Positions 1-9,768 of a stretch of 64,000 bases of DNA are shown piece by piece (position 1 is the stretch's first letter; each line of letters starts with the position of its first letter). The DNA lies in contig DATGXK010000019.1 of assembly GCA_035299025.1 (NCBI GenBank), forward strand, positions 22,142-86,141, written 5' to 3'. The stretch comes from Leadbetterella sp. Its GTDB lineage: Bacteria; Bacteroidota; Bacteroidia; Cytophagales; Spirosomataceae. The notes under the pieces were generated by a model. The model worked only from the letters and a program-made list of their open reading frames with translations, ran no database searches and was not told the origin of the DNA. A program made the position numbers and the translations under genes.

Positions 1-925
1 TACTCACGCCGAAAAGGACTGCAGAGAGTGTTAGAATCGTTATATTTTGTGCAAAAGCGATTATCAATATTGCAAAAAGTAAAACCCAACAACCGATGGT
101 CAGTACAGATTCTCTGCCGTTTTTATCCGACCATTTTCCCGCCAAAAAACGAATAGATATTGAAGCCAAGGTATACACCAAAAAATAATAGCCTTTATTT
201 TTCAAACCAATACTCTGGCTTAAATCCGGTACAAGCGTTACGATAGTACCATAAGCAAAAGACGTAAAAAAGATAACTATAACCACGGGAACGACCGATT
301 TGTCGAATATCTCGTGTCTATTGATACTCAAATGAGTCATCGCAAATTTTTCTTTTCTTTCGGCAGGAAGGGTTTCTTTCATATTCAGCAATATCAATAT
401 TGACAAAAGAGAAAGTACAGAGGAAGTATAAAAAAGTATGTTTATGTCGAAGTGCTGTACAATCCAACCACCCAAGGCGGGCCCAAACGCCATACCTAAG
501 CCACCCACAAGGCCATGGATGCCCATAGATTCGCCTCGGCGGTCTATCGGAACAATATCTGCAATGTAGGCTGCAGTGCCTGTAGGCTTAAATCCTGTGG
601 AGAATCCATGTACAAATCGTAAAACGAAAAAAGGAATGATGGTGGTGGCCAGCGGATATAAAAACCCACACACAAAACACACCAAAGAGCCGAAGGCCAT
701 AACGGGCACACGACCTACTTTATCGGTAAGTTTACCACTAAATGGACGAGAGAGACCGGCAGTGAGCGTAAAAAGTGAAATAATGAGCCCTTTGAATTCA
801 CCACCGCCCATTTTGGAAAGATAATCCGGAAGCTCCGGAATGAGCATATTAAAACTAGAAAAAAACAGAAAAGAACTCAGGCAGAGTAGCCAAAACTGTA
901 AAGTAAAAATGCTGTTTTTTTTCAA
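1..925 (-). CDS. MFS transporter (partial; C-terminal part lies beyond the window start)
   Basis: Own minus-strand translation from TTG at 925: MKKNSIFTLQFWLLCLSSFLFFSSFNMLIPELPDYLSKMGGGEFKGLIISLFTLTAGLSRPFSGKLTDKVGRVPVMAFGS... The segment GKLTDKVGRVP resembles MFS motif A. The spot-translated stretches (about 925-480 and 61-2) contain no stop; the middle was not checked codon by codon. It is absent from the supplied track, probably because it is truncated. The start codon (TTG 925 or the internal ATG) is uncertain. Confidence 0.7.
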   Translation of the reverse strand, partial: MKKNSIFTLQFWLLCLSSFLFFSSFNMLIPELPDYLSKMGGGEFKGLIISLFTLTAGLSRPFSGKLTDKVGRVPVMAFGSLVCFVCGFLYPLATTIIPFFVLRFVHGFSTGFKPTGTAAYIADIVPIDRRGESMGIHGLVGGLGMAFGPALGGWIVQHFDINILFYTSSVLSLLSILILLNMKETLPAERKEKFAMTHLSINRHEIFDKSVVPVVIVIFFTSFAYGTIVTLVPDLSQSIGLKNKGYYFLVYTLASISIRFLAGKWSDKNGRESVLTIGCWVLLFAILIIAFAQNITILTLSAVLFGVS

Positions 926-935
926 AATATAATTT

Positions 936-1292
936 TCAGAAACTTTCTTGGAGTTTTACAACAGCTCTATGACAAACGCCACCAATGGGCGGATTGAACT
1001 TAGAAACAGCTACAGTGACTTTTTTGATAGAACCAAAGCGAGAACCTATGGCGTCTATAATCTCATGACCTACATGCTCCAAAAGCCGGTGCTTTTTAGA
1101 CATCACTTCCTTCACAATTTGGTAAACATCACCATAGTCAATGGTGTCTTTGAGGTTGTCAGAACTCGCCGGCCGAGACAAATCAGTGTCTATAAGGACA
1201 TCTATACTGTACTTATTACCAATCTTTTGCTCTTCATCAAAATGCCCGTGGTAGGCAAAAAACTCCATGCCTTCTAAAGCAATCTGGCCCAT
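936..1292 (-). CDS. folB: dihydroneopterin aldolase
   Basis: 118 aa. The N-terminus IALEGMEFFAYHGHFDEEQKIGNKY and the overall size are typical of FolB. Confidence 0.85.
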   Translation of the reverse strand: MGQIALEGMEFFAYHGHFDEEQKIGNKYSIDVLIDTDLSRPASSDNLKDTIDYGDVYQIVKEVMSKKHRLLEHVGHEIIDAIGSRFGSIKKVTVAVSKFNPPIGGVCHRAVVKLQESF

Positions 1293-1296
1293 ATTT

Positions 1297-2481
1297 TTAG
1301 TTTAAGTTGTCAAAAAACGAACCGCTTTGCTTCTTTTCTGCTATGTAATCATTTACAGACTTCGGCTCTTTTGGTTCCGCTTTTTCGACCATGGCCTTTC
1401 TAATAGCTGCTTTTACTTTATTCACTTTGTCGAGCATTTCTTCTGTACTGCCACTATCCGATGCCTCAGTTTTTGGTTTTGTTTCTACGATATCTTCTTT
1501 CGGAACTCTACCAGCAACCAAATATTCCTTGAGTTCTTCAAGTTGTTCCCACTGACCATTTTCGGCCAAAAGGGCCTGCTCTACCCAAGTACTCGGATCG
1601 TGTGAAGCAAACTGAGGACCAGCAGCATCCAATAGATCTTTAATTCTGTAAAGCGGTGTGGTAGCCAAATCCCTGAAAGTAACGATGCGGGCATTGTTAA
1701 GCACTTCCTTGATTTTGGGGCCGATTCCCTCAATAATCTCGAGATTTGTTTTTTCACCTTGTGTACTTTCTAGGTTGATTTCGTTAACTGCCGAAGAAAA
1801 ACTTATTCCGTGGTTTACGTCATCTTCTTCCTCTTCTTCAACCGAAGTTTCCTCTACAGCTAACTCCACTTGCTCCTCTTCTATCTCTTCCTCCACTTCC
1901 ATTTCAATGGATTTCTCTGGATAATCCACAGTCAAATTTGCGGGAGTTTCTTGCACAACCGATTGGACCTGAGCACTGTTTCCACTCACAATAGCATCAA
2001 TTTGAGAAGAAATACCTTTCAGTTGGCCCAGTAACTCCAGTTTTTTATTTTCAAGACTTTGGAAATTACTCTCCAAATCTGCAAATTCGGTCTTGGCAGC
2101 CGTATTTATATCACCTACTTTTTGTTCGGCATCTGTCACCAGTTGTTTCGAAATATTCTCGGCTTCGGCTATTATTTGAGCCGCTTTTTGCTCGGCTTCA
2201 GCAACTTTTTTGGCGGCCTCGGTGGCAGCATTTTCAGTCAACCTAGTACTTGTATCTTCGGCTGTTCTGAGTGTTTTTATGAGCGTCATTTCTACTTCAC
2301 GGAGCTTCGAAGCTTCTTTTTCAGAAATATCCAGCTGCATTTTCAGCATTTTGGACTCATTCAACATACGCTCCCACTCTTGAGCAATATTTGACAAGAA
2401 ATGGTTCACTTCTTCTATATCGTATCCTCTAAAAGACTTTTCGAATTCGTGTTGTTTGATTTCTAATGACGTGATTTTCAT
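1297..2481 (-). CDS. DivIVA domain protein with acidic linker and C-terminal helix-hairpin-helix-like domain
   Basis: The N-terminus ITSLEIKQHEFEKSFRGYDIEEVNHFL is the DivIVA signature. It is followed by a long coiled-coil region and a Glu-rich linker (EEEIEEEQVELAVEETSVEEEEEDD). The C-terminus contains LEIIEGIGPKIKEVLNNARIVTFRDLA, which is HhH-like. Confidence 0.75.
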   Translation of the reverse strand: MKITSLEIKQHEFEKSFRGYDIEEVNHFLSNIAQEWERMLNESKMLKMQLDISEKEASKLREVEMTLIKTLRTAEDTSTRLTENAATEAAKKVAEAEQKAAQIIAEAENISKQLVTDAEQKVGDINTAAKTEFADLESNFQSLENKKLELLGQLKGISSQIDAIVSGNSAQVQSVVQETPANLTVDYPEKSIEMEVEEEIEEEQVELAVEETSVEEEEEDDVNHGISFSSAVNEINLESTQGEKTNLEIIEGIGPKIKEVLNNARIVTFRDLATTPLYRIKDLLDAAGPQFASHDPSTWVEQALLAENGQWEQLEELKEYLVAGRVPKEDIVETKPKTEASDSGSTEEMLDKVNKVKAAIRKAMVEKAEPKEPKSVNDYIAEKKQSGSFFDNLN

Positions 2482-2641
2482 TTTTGTATATGAGTTTAGG
2501 AAACCGTAAAGTAATCATCGAAAAAGACAACAAAATAAGACCAGATTTATTTTGCAATATTTACCTTTTATTTCCTGCTTGATGTTCTGATTAAAAATTG
2601 TTATCTAATTTTCCACAAAATAACAAAAAAAACAATGTAAA

Positions 2642-3541
2642 TTAAAATAAATTCCACATTGAAATGGTGCGGTCATCGCTGGCTGAAAGCAGAACCTGAT
2701 CTTTCTCACGCCATAGGAGTTTGTTTACCGAAGTGCCATGCGATGCATTTCTGGCTTTGTCTATCACTTTCTTTAGCTTCAAATCTCGAGCATCCCACAG
2801 TTTTATAGACTTATCCATACTGCTAGAGACAAGCAGGTTATGTTGTTCAATATATATAATATCGTTAATGGCGAACAGGTGAGCAGCGATTTTATCCACG
2901 ACCTGATATTGGTTTTTCACATCCCAGACCATCAATTGGGCATCTCTTCCACCAGAAACCAAGAAGTCGTTTCCTCCAAAATATTGTACGCTGAAAACAG
3001 AATTTTGGTGTCCTTGAAGTGTATGCTTTACACTAAAATCGGACAAATCATAAATTCTTATTTTCCAGTCCGAGAATCCAATGGCCATCTCGTTGGTTTT
3101 CTTGTTGATTGCCACCGTACGAGCACTTTTTTGAGCTCCTTCAAAATGCTTAACAAAAGTATGGGTGGTGAGGTCGAGCAAGTGAATAAACCCAATGTGG
3201 TCAGCCACAATCAGAAAATTCTCGAACTTTTGGATATCAAAAACAGAAACTTTACCAAGCGGCACATTCAAAACTTCCATCTTGTCTTTGGTATCAATCA
3301 AGTGCAGCCCTTTGTTATTATTGGCTATCCAAAGTTTGTTTTCTGATGGTAAATTGAGCATGGCATATACCGAATTATCGACCTTGGCTATCGGCTTACC
3401 CAAATCGGCCCTTGACCACTCTACCACCATGCCGTCTCCTCCAGCCGAAAGAAAACTCTTGTCAGAATTGCCCTCACAAAGTGTATAAACACAGTCTTTG
3501 TGGCCCGTAAAAGTTTCTATTTTTTCGATGTTAAAATTCAT
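2642..3541 (-). CDS. WD40 repeat protein
   Basis: 299 aa with repeated GH...WD-type units (TGHKDCVYTL, LQGHQNSVFSV, LMVWDV, SIKLWDA, ISMWNL). Confidence 0.7.
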   Translation of the reverse strand: MNFNIEKIETFTGHKDCVYTLCEGNSDKSFLSAGGDGMVVEWSRADLGKPIAKVDNSVYAMLNLPSENKLWIANNNKGLHLIDTKDKMEVLNVPLGKVSVFDIQKFENFLIVADHIGFIHLLDLTTHTFVKHFEGAQKSARTVAINKKTNEMAIGFSDWKIRIYDLSDFSVKHTLQGHQNSVFSVQYFGGNDFLVSGGRDAQLMVWDVKNQYQVVDKIAAHLFAINDIIYIEQHNLLVSSSMDKSIKLWDARDLKLKKVIDKARNASHGTSVNKLLWREKDQVLLSASDDRTISMWNLF

Positions 3542-3590
3542 TTTTGAGAGAAGAAACTTTGATTTTTAATAATTGAGCAAAATTATGCAT

Positions 3591-3598
3591 TAGATTTG
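3591..3598 (+). promoter_or_regulatory. Bacteroidota-type -7 box (TAnnTTTG) upstream of the PPTase gene
   Basis: TAGATTTG, 57 nt upstream of the ATG at 3655. Confidence 0.4.
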
Positions 3599-3654
3599 AA
3601 AGTGTTTTTTCTTTTGTAAGCCAGAATCAATACATTTTCAGTCAATATAAAGCA

Positions 3655-4278
3655 ATGCCGTTATATCTCAACAAAAAACTTAGCGAGGAAATTCAATTCA
3701 TGGTATGGGAACTAACCGAAAGCTTTAATGAACTCCTAGACCTCGTTTGTCCGGACGAAGAAGACCTTGAGAATCTCAACAAAATTGGTGTTGAAGCAAA
3801 AAAAAAGGAATATTTAGCTGGCAAAAATGCGGTAATGCAGATGTGCAAGCTGAGCAATGTTGCATTTGGAGGAATTATAAAAGATGAACATGGCAAGCCT
3901 TTTCTGAAAGACAGTTCTTTAGAAATATCTCTTACACACACCACCCAATTTGTGGGAGTAGTTTTTTCAAAAACTGGCCCAATTGGAATGGACATAGAAA
4001 AACCAAGACCGCAAATATTCAAAGTAATAAGTAGGCTGTGCGTGTCATCGGAGCTGGCATGGGTAAATGAAAATCTCGAAAGAGCCACCATACTTTGGTC
4101 TGCTAAAGAGGCTCTGTATAAACTTTATGGAAAAAGGAAAGTTGACTTCAAAGAAAATTTACTCCTAATCCAATCTTCAAAAGGGCTTGTGGGTAGAATA
4201 AAAATGCCCGACTATAAAGCCGAGCATCAAATATTAGTCGAAAAACTACCCAATCATTTGTTAGTTCTAGCTTATTGA
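3655..4278 (+). CDS. 4'-phosphopantetheinyl transferase (Sfp/EntD type)
   Basis: 207 aa. The motifs GMDIE and WSAKEALYKLYG are characteristic of this superfamily. Confidence 0.75.
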   Translation: MPLYLNKKLSEEIQFMVWELTESFNELLDLVCPDEEDLENLNKIGVEAKKKEYLAGKNAVMQMCKLSNVAFGGIIKDEHGKPFLKDSSLEISLTHTTQFVGVVFSKTGPIGMDIEKPRPQIFKVISRLCVSSELAWVNENLERATILWSAKEALYKLYGKRKVDFKENLLLIQSSKGLVGRIKMPDYKAEHQILVEKLPNHLLVLAY

Positions 4279-4613
4279 ACTTTCTCTAGAACATCTGCAA
4301 AATCTATCCCATAATGTGATTCTGAGAAAATACTACCGCCATTTTTAATCAACAACAATTGCGGAGATTCGTGATCTACCCCGAATTCAGTGGCAATTTT
4401 ATTCGAAATATCACGGTGGGCTATCAAATCGAGATAATAAAACTTCACCCCTTTTTTGTCCTGAGTCTTGGCCCAATTCCTTTCAAATCTATCCAAGGCA
4501 GTTGCACTGATGGAGCACCTTGTACTGTGCTTGAATATGACCACCGCTTGTTGGCTCGACTCTTCTTTTATGGTTTCTAATTGTTGGATTTCCGTAAGAC
4601 TATTCCATTCCAT
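4272..4613 (-). CDS. ytxJ: bacillithiol-system thioredoxin-like protein YtxJ (DUF2847)
   Basis: 113 aa with a thioredoxin-like fold and a single-Cys motif HSTRCSIS, as in YtxJ/BrxC. It converges on the PPTase gene and their 3' ends overlap by 7 nt. Confidence 0.65.
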   Translation of the reverse strand: MEWNSLTEIQQLETIKEESSQQAVVIFKHSTRCSISATALDRFERNWAKTQDKKGVKFYYLDLIAHRDISNKIATEFGVDHESPQLLLIKNGGSIFSESHYGIDFADVLEKVQ

Positions 4614-4659
4614 TCTAAATTTCCTTTTTTATATTTCAACAAAGGTAGAACAGAAAAGT

Positions 4660-5496
4660 TCAAAAAACATAGTTATCAATCAGCCGTACTCCACCCAAAT
4701 GAGCAGCTAAAATGATGGCGGTTTTCCGTTTGGGGTTTAACTGGGAAATACTTTCTAGGGTCTCAAAATCTGCTATTTCATAGTATTCCAACTCAAAGGC
4801 AGGATATTCTTTATAAAACTCAGAAATCTTGTTTTTGACCTCCAAAGCCGTATCGCCTTGAATAAGACGTTCTTTGCCCAAGATCAAAGAGCGATAAATA
4901 AGTGGAGCCAGGTCTCTGTCTGAAGGTGAAATACGCCTGTTTCGAGAAGACATTGCCAAACCATCATTTTCTCTAATGGTTTCACAAACAACCAATTTCA
5001 CATCAAAACTCAAATCATTGATAAGTCTATGAATTACGGCCACTTGCTGTATGTCTTTTTGCCCAAAATAGGCTTGTGTTGGCTTAATGATATTAAATAG
5101 TTTGGCCACTACTATCCCTACACCATTGAAATGTCCAGGCCTAAACTTACCTTCCATAATAGTTTCTAAACTCCCAAAATCGATCTTTAAATTCGGCAAA
5201 GAAGGATACATTTCTTCTGCAGATGGTGCGAAAACTACATCACAACCCTCCTTTTCTAACATTCTACAGTCGTCTTCCAAGGTTCTTGGATATTTTTTCA
5301 AATCATCAGGATTATTAAACTGGGTAGGATTCACGAAAATACTACACACTGTTAGAGCATTCTCCCCTTTCGACCTCCTTACCAAAGCCATGTGACCGTC
5401 GTGCAGAGCACCCATGGTAGGTACAAAACCCACTGATAGTTGACCGTGACTTTTGAGGTATTTTTGGGTATCAATTATGCTACTAAATATCTTCAT
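4660..5496 (-). CDS. panC: pantoate--beta-alanine ligase
   Basis: 278 aa. It has GFVPTMGALHDGHMALV (HIGH-like motif) and FGQKDIQQ. Confidence 0.92.
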   Translation of the reverse strand: MKIFSSIIDTQKYLKSHGQLSVGFVPTMGALHDGHMALVRRSKGENALTVCSIFVNPTQFNNPDDLKKYPRTLEDDCRMLEKEGCDVVFAPSAEEMYPSLPNLKIDFGSLETIMEGKFRPGHFNGVGIVVAKLFNIIKPTQAYFGQKDIQQVAVIHRLINDLSFDVKLVVCETIRENDGLAMSSRNRRISPSDRDLAPLIYRSLILGKERLIQGDTALEVKNKISEFYKEYPAFELEYYEIADFETLESISQLNPKRKTAIILAAHLGGVRLIDNYVF

Positions 5497-5541
5497 GTAT
5501 TACAGATGTTAAATTTTGGCGGCAATTAAGCATTAATAATG

Positions 5542-5549
5542 TAATTTTG
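5542..5549 (+). promoter_or_regulatory. -7 box (TAnnTTTG) upstream of the M23 peptidase gene
   Basis: TAATTTTG, 19 nt upstream of the ATG at 5568. Confidence 0.4.
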
Positions 5550-5567
5550 TATGATTTTTAAGAAAAT

Positions 5568-6167
5568 ATGACTGTTAGATTCCTTCTTTTATTTCTTTTC
5601 TGGGCTAAAATAACGCTGGCCCAGTGGAGTGCGAAACCCGACACCACTCTGACGGTTGAAGATTATTGGGAGCAAGAACTTAGCCCGATTATTGACCTGA
5701 ATGAGATTGTTAACTATATCCACAACGACCCCTTCAATTTTATGTTTGTGGCCAATATACCTGGCGGCAACCCTCTCGCCAGAGAAATATCTGTAAACTC
5801 GTTCTATGGTGCCCGGAAACACCCCATACACCATGTTTTAAAATTTCATCGTGGTATAGATTTACAGGGCGTTAATGGAGAACAGGTTATAGCGAGTGGC
5901 AATGGGAAGGTTGTTGATGCGGGTTTCAGAGAAGACCTAGGGAATTTCATAAAAATCAAACATAAATATGGATTTGAGTCTATTTATGGTCATCTGAGCA
6001 AGATTTCCGTAAAAAAAGGAGAAGTAGTCATAAAAGGCCAAAAGATAGGGAAAGTGGGTTCTACAGGAAAAGTAACCGGTCCTCATTTGCACTACACATT
6101 AAAAAAGAACGAGACCTATCTGGACCCGTTCGATTTTCTATTTATGAGTTTTGAGAAAGCGTTCTGA
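5568..6167 (+). CDS. M23 family metallopeptidase (secreted)
   Basis: Signal peptide, then HRGIDLQG and GPHLHYTL zinc-ligand motifs of M23/LytM. Confidence 0.85.
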   Translation: MTVRFLLLFLFWAKITLAQWSAKPDTTLTVEDYWEQELSPIIDLNEIVNYIHNDPFNFMFVANIPGGNPLAREISVNSFYGARKHPIHHVLKFHRGIDLQGVNGEQVIASGNGKVVDAGFREDLGNFIKIKHKYGFESIYGHLSKISVKKGEVVIKGQKIGKVGSTGKVTGPHLHYTLKKNETYLDPFDFLFMSFEKAF

Positions 6168-6241
6168 TGACACGACTCAAACCGGCAAATCAATCTATAT
6201 CTCCTTCGTACTCAAGATGTATATTGGGTTGATAGAGCTCT

Positions 6242-8080
6242 CTATTCTACCGTAACCGATTTAGCCAAATTTCTTGGTTGATCCACATTTCTACCTCTCA
6301 ACACAGCGATATAATAAGATAACAACTGAAGCGGAATAACGGTCAACAGAGGCTGGATTACCTCATGCGTATTGGGCACTTCAATGGCAAAGTCAACCAT
6401 TTTCTTCACCTCAGTGTCACCCTCTGACACAATCGCTATAACTCTCCCTTTCCTGGCCTTTACTTCTTGGATATTCGAAACCACTTTTTCGTAAGAACTA
6501 TCTTTTGTAGCAATAAAAACAACAGGCATGTCTTCGTCAATCAAGGCAATTGGGCCGTGTTTCATTTCTGCAGCCGGATATCCCTCGGCATGAATGTAGG
6601 AAATCTCTTTGAGTTTTAAGGCTCCTTCCAAGGCAACAGGAAAATTCAATCCTCTTCCCAAGAAAATGAAATTTGAAGCAAAGGTAAAGAGCTTCGAAAT
6701 ATCCTTAATTTCGTCAGCACTTTTAAGAATCTCCTCCACTTTTTGAGGAATAGCAGACAACTCAATCAATAACCTTCTATAAGTTTCGCTATCTATGGTT
6801 CCTTTGGCCTGAGCTGTTGCTATGGCTATCATGGTAAGAACCGTAACTTGGGCGGTAAAGGCTTTTGTACTCGCAACACCAATTTCGGGTCCGGCGTGTG
6901 TGTAAACGCCAGCTTCTGTAATACGTGAAATGGACGAACCTACCACATTACAAACTCCCAATATGACGGCCCCTTTAGATTTGGCCAATTCGAGAGCCGC
7001 CAAAGTATCGGCCGTTTCACCTGATTGAGAAATAGCAATAACAAAATCACCTTCTTTGATGATTGGATTTCTATACCTAAATTCTGAGGCATATTCTACT
7101 TCAACATTTATTCTGGCCAACTCTTCAAAAAGGTATTCGCCAACCAAACCAGCATGCCATGAAGTACCACAAGCCACAAAAACTATCCTTTTTGCTTTTG
7201 CCAACTTACCAATATGATTTTGCAGACCGCCCAACTGAATAATCGCTTCGTCCGCATTGACTCTTCCTCGCAAACAATCGGCTATAGACTTGGGTTGTTC
7301 AAAAATCTCTTTAAGCATAAAGTGGTCATAGCCACCTTTTTCTATCGCTTCAAGCTCAAGTTCAACCGTCTGTACGTAAGGATCTTGTTCTTCATTCTGA
7401 AGATTTTTTACAGTTAATCCCTCTTTGTTCACAATCGCTATTTCCAAATCATCCAGATAAACCACCTCCTTGGTGTATTCAATGATAGGCGTAGCATCAG
7501 AAGCAAAGAAATATTCGTCTTTCCCAATACCGATTACCAACGGACTACCCTTACGAGCCGCTACCAGTTGATCAGGATTTTCTGAATCCAAAACCACTAT
7601 TGCATAAGCCCCGACTACCTCCTTCAAGGCAATCCTAACGGCTTCAGGCAAATCACATTGTTTTGACTTCTGAATTTCTTCAATAAAATTAACCAGTACT
7701 TCGGTATCTGTCTGACTATGGAATACATAACTTTTATTTAGAAGAACTTGCTTTATAGAAGAATAATTTTCTATAATACCATTATGTATAATTGCAAATC
7801 TGCCGGAATTCGACTTGTGCGGATGTGCGTTTACATCGTTAGGTTCACCGTGAGTAGCCCATCTTGTATGGCCAATGCCTATTGTAGAAGAAATCAGGCT
7901 TTGATTCAACACACTTTCCAAATCTACAACTTTACCTTTTTTCTTAAAGACCCCTAGACCATTCTCATTTATGATGGCAATACCAGAGCTGTCATAACCC
8001 CGATACTCCAATCTTTTTAAACCTTTAATTATCAACGAAGCTGCGTCTCTATGACCTATGTAAGCAACAATTCCACACAT
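6242..8080 (-). CDS. glmS: glutamine--fructose-6-phosphate aminotransferase
   Basis: 612 aa. It has the MCGIVAYIG N-terminal nucleophile, two SIS domains, and the C-terminus NLAKSVTVE. Confidence 0.95.
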   Translation of the reverse strand: MCGIVAYIGHRDAASLIIKGLKRLEYRGYDSSGIAIINENGLGVFKKKGKVVDLESVLNQSLISSTIGIGHTRWATHGEPNDVNAHPHKSNSGRFAIIHNGIIENYSSIKQVLLNKSYVFHSQTDTEVLVNFIEEIQKSKQCDLPEAVRIALKEVVGAYAIVVLDSENPDQLVAARKGSPLVIGIGKDEYFFASDATPIIEYTKEVVYLDDLEIAIVNKEGLTVKNLQNEEQDPYVQTVELELEAIEKGGYDHFMLKEIFEQPKSIADCLRGRVNADEAIIQLGGLQNHIGKLAKAKRIVFVACGTSWHAGLVGEYLFEELARINVEVEYASEFRYRNPIIKEGDFVIAISQSGETADTLAALELAKSKGAVILGVCNVVGSSISRITEAGVYTHAGPEIGVASTKAFTAQVTVLTMIAIATAQAKGTIDSETYRRLLIELSAIPQKVEEILKSADEIKDISKLFTFASNFIFLGRGLNFPVALEGALKLKEISYIHAEGYPAAEMKHGPIALIDEDMPVVFIATKDSSYEKVVSNIQEVKARKGRVIAIVSEGDTEVKKMVDFAIEVPNTHEVIQPLLTVIPLQLLSYYIAVLRGRNVDQPRNLAKSVTVE

Positions 8081-8123
8081 ATATTTGCTATATAAAAATT
8101 ATAAATTTTCTAAATGAATCTTG

Positions 8124-8131
8124 CAAAAATA
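8124..8131 (-). promoter_or_regulatory. -7 box (TAnnTTTG) upstream of glmS
   Basis: Minus-strand TATTTTTG, about 44 nt upstream of the glmS ATG at 8080. Confidence 0.45.
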
Positions 8132-8384
8132 TCAAATTATCGTGATGAGATACGGGTTTTATTTTTTAAATAAAATTAATAATTATCTCTCCAATTTAGA
8201 AGAAGCCAAAACAGCAATATTCGTATAAAATATTGACCAAAAGATACTTGTATTTTATTTAAAAAACTCCGACTTGTTTTTAAATTATTTTAAGAAGAAA
8301 GAAGCATCAATCTGAGCATCAATTGGTAGTTGATCATTCAAAAAACTCGGTTGAAGAATCTAAGAAAAGCGAAGTCGATCGGCA

Positions 8385-8413
8385 TAAACAAAAAAAAAGA
8401 GCACTCGGCTCTT
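8385..8413 (-). terminator. intrinsic terminator after the DUF4270-like gene
   Basis: On the minus strand: AAGAGC-CGAGT-GCTCTT hairpin overlapping the TAA stop, followed by a run of 9+ T. Confidence 0.65.
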
Positions 8414-9761
8414 AATATTTTGTGTAATACAATTTCAACTTGGGTTTTCGAAAAACCGCTCTACGCAGATTGTCATTCGCCAGTAAGCCGTTTCCAGAAG
8501 TTGTAAGAACCGCAGGCATCACCATTAAACCTTTGGAGGTAACCGTTTTATTGGTAATCTTCTGCAAATAATTCGTTATATCCAAATTTACAATATTTGT
8601 GGAATCTACTAATGTATAAACCACACCCGACAAATCATTGCCAATTGGGGTAAGATAAGAGAGTTGATTTGAACTGCTACGAACTTGCTGATTGTTAGAA
8701 CCTACCTCGCCCAATACAAAATTATAAATCTTGGGGTGGAGGGCACTTATAGACTCCGGCTTTAGTTCAAATTCAAGAACTGCTTTGCTTACTCTGATAT
8801 TTGATCCCAAATATTTAATTCGATCAAAATTAATTTTAGTACTTAATCCACTCCCACCCTGCACATAGCTGTGGTTATTGGTGAGTTTGGCATTCAGTTC
8901 GTTTTTAGTTTTCGAAATTCCTGATAATAACGTAGCTCCTCTATTAAACTCATAAAACGTATGCCTTGGACCATTCAAATCAAAGGTATAAACATATTTG
9001 GTCGTATCTCCGTCATAATGCCAATTCGCTATCAGCGTACTGGTACTTGCACTCAAAGGCCCTGTGGTAAATGAATACACAGCCTTATTGGCACTTTCAG
9101 GCACAATTGCAAAACCTTTCAACGCGTTGTTGAATTTGGCGTTGTCGGCTCCTGCAGTAGGTGCCACACCTAAAATTTCTTGGGCAATACTTTTAGGAAG
9201 GCTTACAAACAAAGCTATAGCGGTATTACTATCCGACTTAAAAGATCGAACATTTACACCAAACCTAGCCAAAGACTCTCCCTCATATTCGACTTTTTCG
9301 TCACCATTGTAGTTTTTCGACAAATTCATCGAACTTTTCAGTCTGTAAATATTAAAGAAACTCCTGGTCAGAGTATCTCCATAAATCTGCCCCGAACTCA
9401 CAATTCTTAGTCTTAGAGAATCAGCAATTGGATTAGATTTCACAATAAACGTATCGATAGCCGTAGTACCCGAAGTGGTGGTATAATTTACCAAAGAAGG
9501 CTGAAAAAAGGACATTGCTTTTATGCTTCCAAGCTCGGGATCATTAAATATTCCTGAAAGGATATAGTTTGATTTGCCATTTACAGTAGAATCTGCCAAA
9601 ATTGTAGACAAATCCAAGCTCAAAGTATCTGTGTAAATTGAGGTGGCATTTGCGTTTCCATCAAAATCAAAACCAATGTCTGTGGGATTTTCGCAAGAAA
9701 TAAAAAATACCGAAGCCAAGATTAAACTTATCTTGGATAAATCAACAAGAATTTTTTTCAT
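8412..9761 (-). CDS. DUF4270-like lipoprotein
   Basis: The ORF in the track extends to 9860 and overlaps the upstream gene. The internal ATG at 9761 gives MKKILVDLSKISLILASVFFISC, a lipoprotein signal, 7 nt after the upstream stop. Its position between the glgA-like gene and glmS is, from memory, conserved in Bacteroidota for DUF4270. Confidence 0.6.
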   Translation of the reverse strand: MKKILVDLSKISLILASVFFISCENPTDIGFDFDGNANATSIYTDTLSLDLSTILADSTVNGKSNYILSGIFNDPELGSIKAMSFFQPSLVNYTTTSGTTAIDTFIVKSNPIADSLRLRIVSSGQIYGDTLTRSFFNIYRLKSSMNLSKNYNGDEKVEYEGESLARFGVNVRSFKSDSNTAIALFVSLPKSIAQEILGVAPTAGADNAKFNNALKGFAIVPESANKAVYSFTTGPLSASTSTLIANWHYDGDTTKYVYTFDLNGPRHTFYEFNRGATLLSGISKTKNELNAKLTNNHSYVQGGSGLSTKINFDRIKYLGSNIRVSKAVLEFELKPESISALHPKIYNFVLGEVGSNNQQVRSSSNQLSYLTPIGNDLSGVVYTLVDSTNIVNLDITNYLQKITNKTVTSKGLMVMPAVLTTSGNGLLANDNLRRAVFRKPKLKLYYTKY

Positions 9762-9768
9762 AAAATAA

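Noticed and set aside
576-824. 82-aa plus-strand ORF from the track
   Set aside because: It lies entirely antisense to a continuous MFS transporter reading frame on the minus strand. Its translation is low-complexity (Pro/Lys/Thr-rich) with no recognisable features, so it is a shadow ORF.
2840-3346. Long antisense ORFs in the track (for example 2840-3346, 3693-4091, 24509-24958, 44850-45320, 61638-62159, 28686-29009)
   Set aside because: Each sits opposite a strongly supported gene (WD40, PPTase, DUF885, M14, proB, CHAT). Their composition is typical of antisense frames (Leu/Ser/Phe/Ile-rich), and none has an independent promoter, signal or motif.
8081-8411. Largest intergenic gap (331 bp) upstream of glmS; I considered a glmS ribozyme or an sRNA
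   Set aside because: The glmS ribozyme is known mainly from Gram-positive lineages, and I see none of its conserved core or pseudoknot structure here. The region is simply very AT-rich, with a -7 box for glmS and the terminator of the upstream gene. Only trivial ORFs (about 19 aa) are present.
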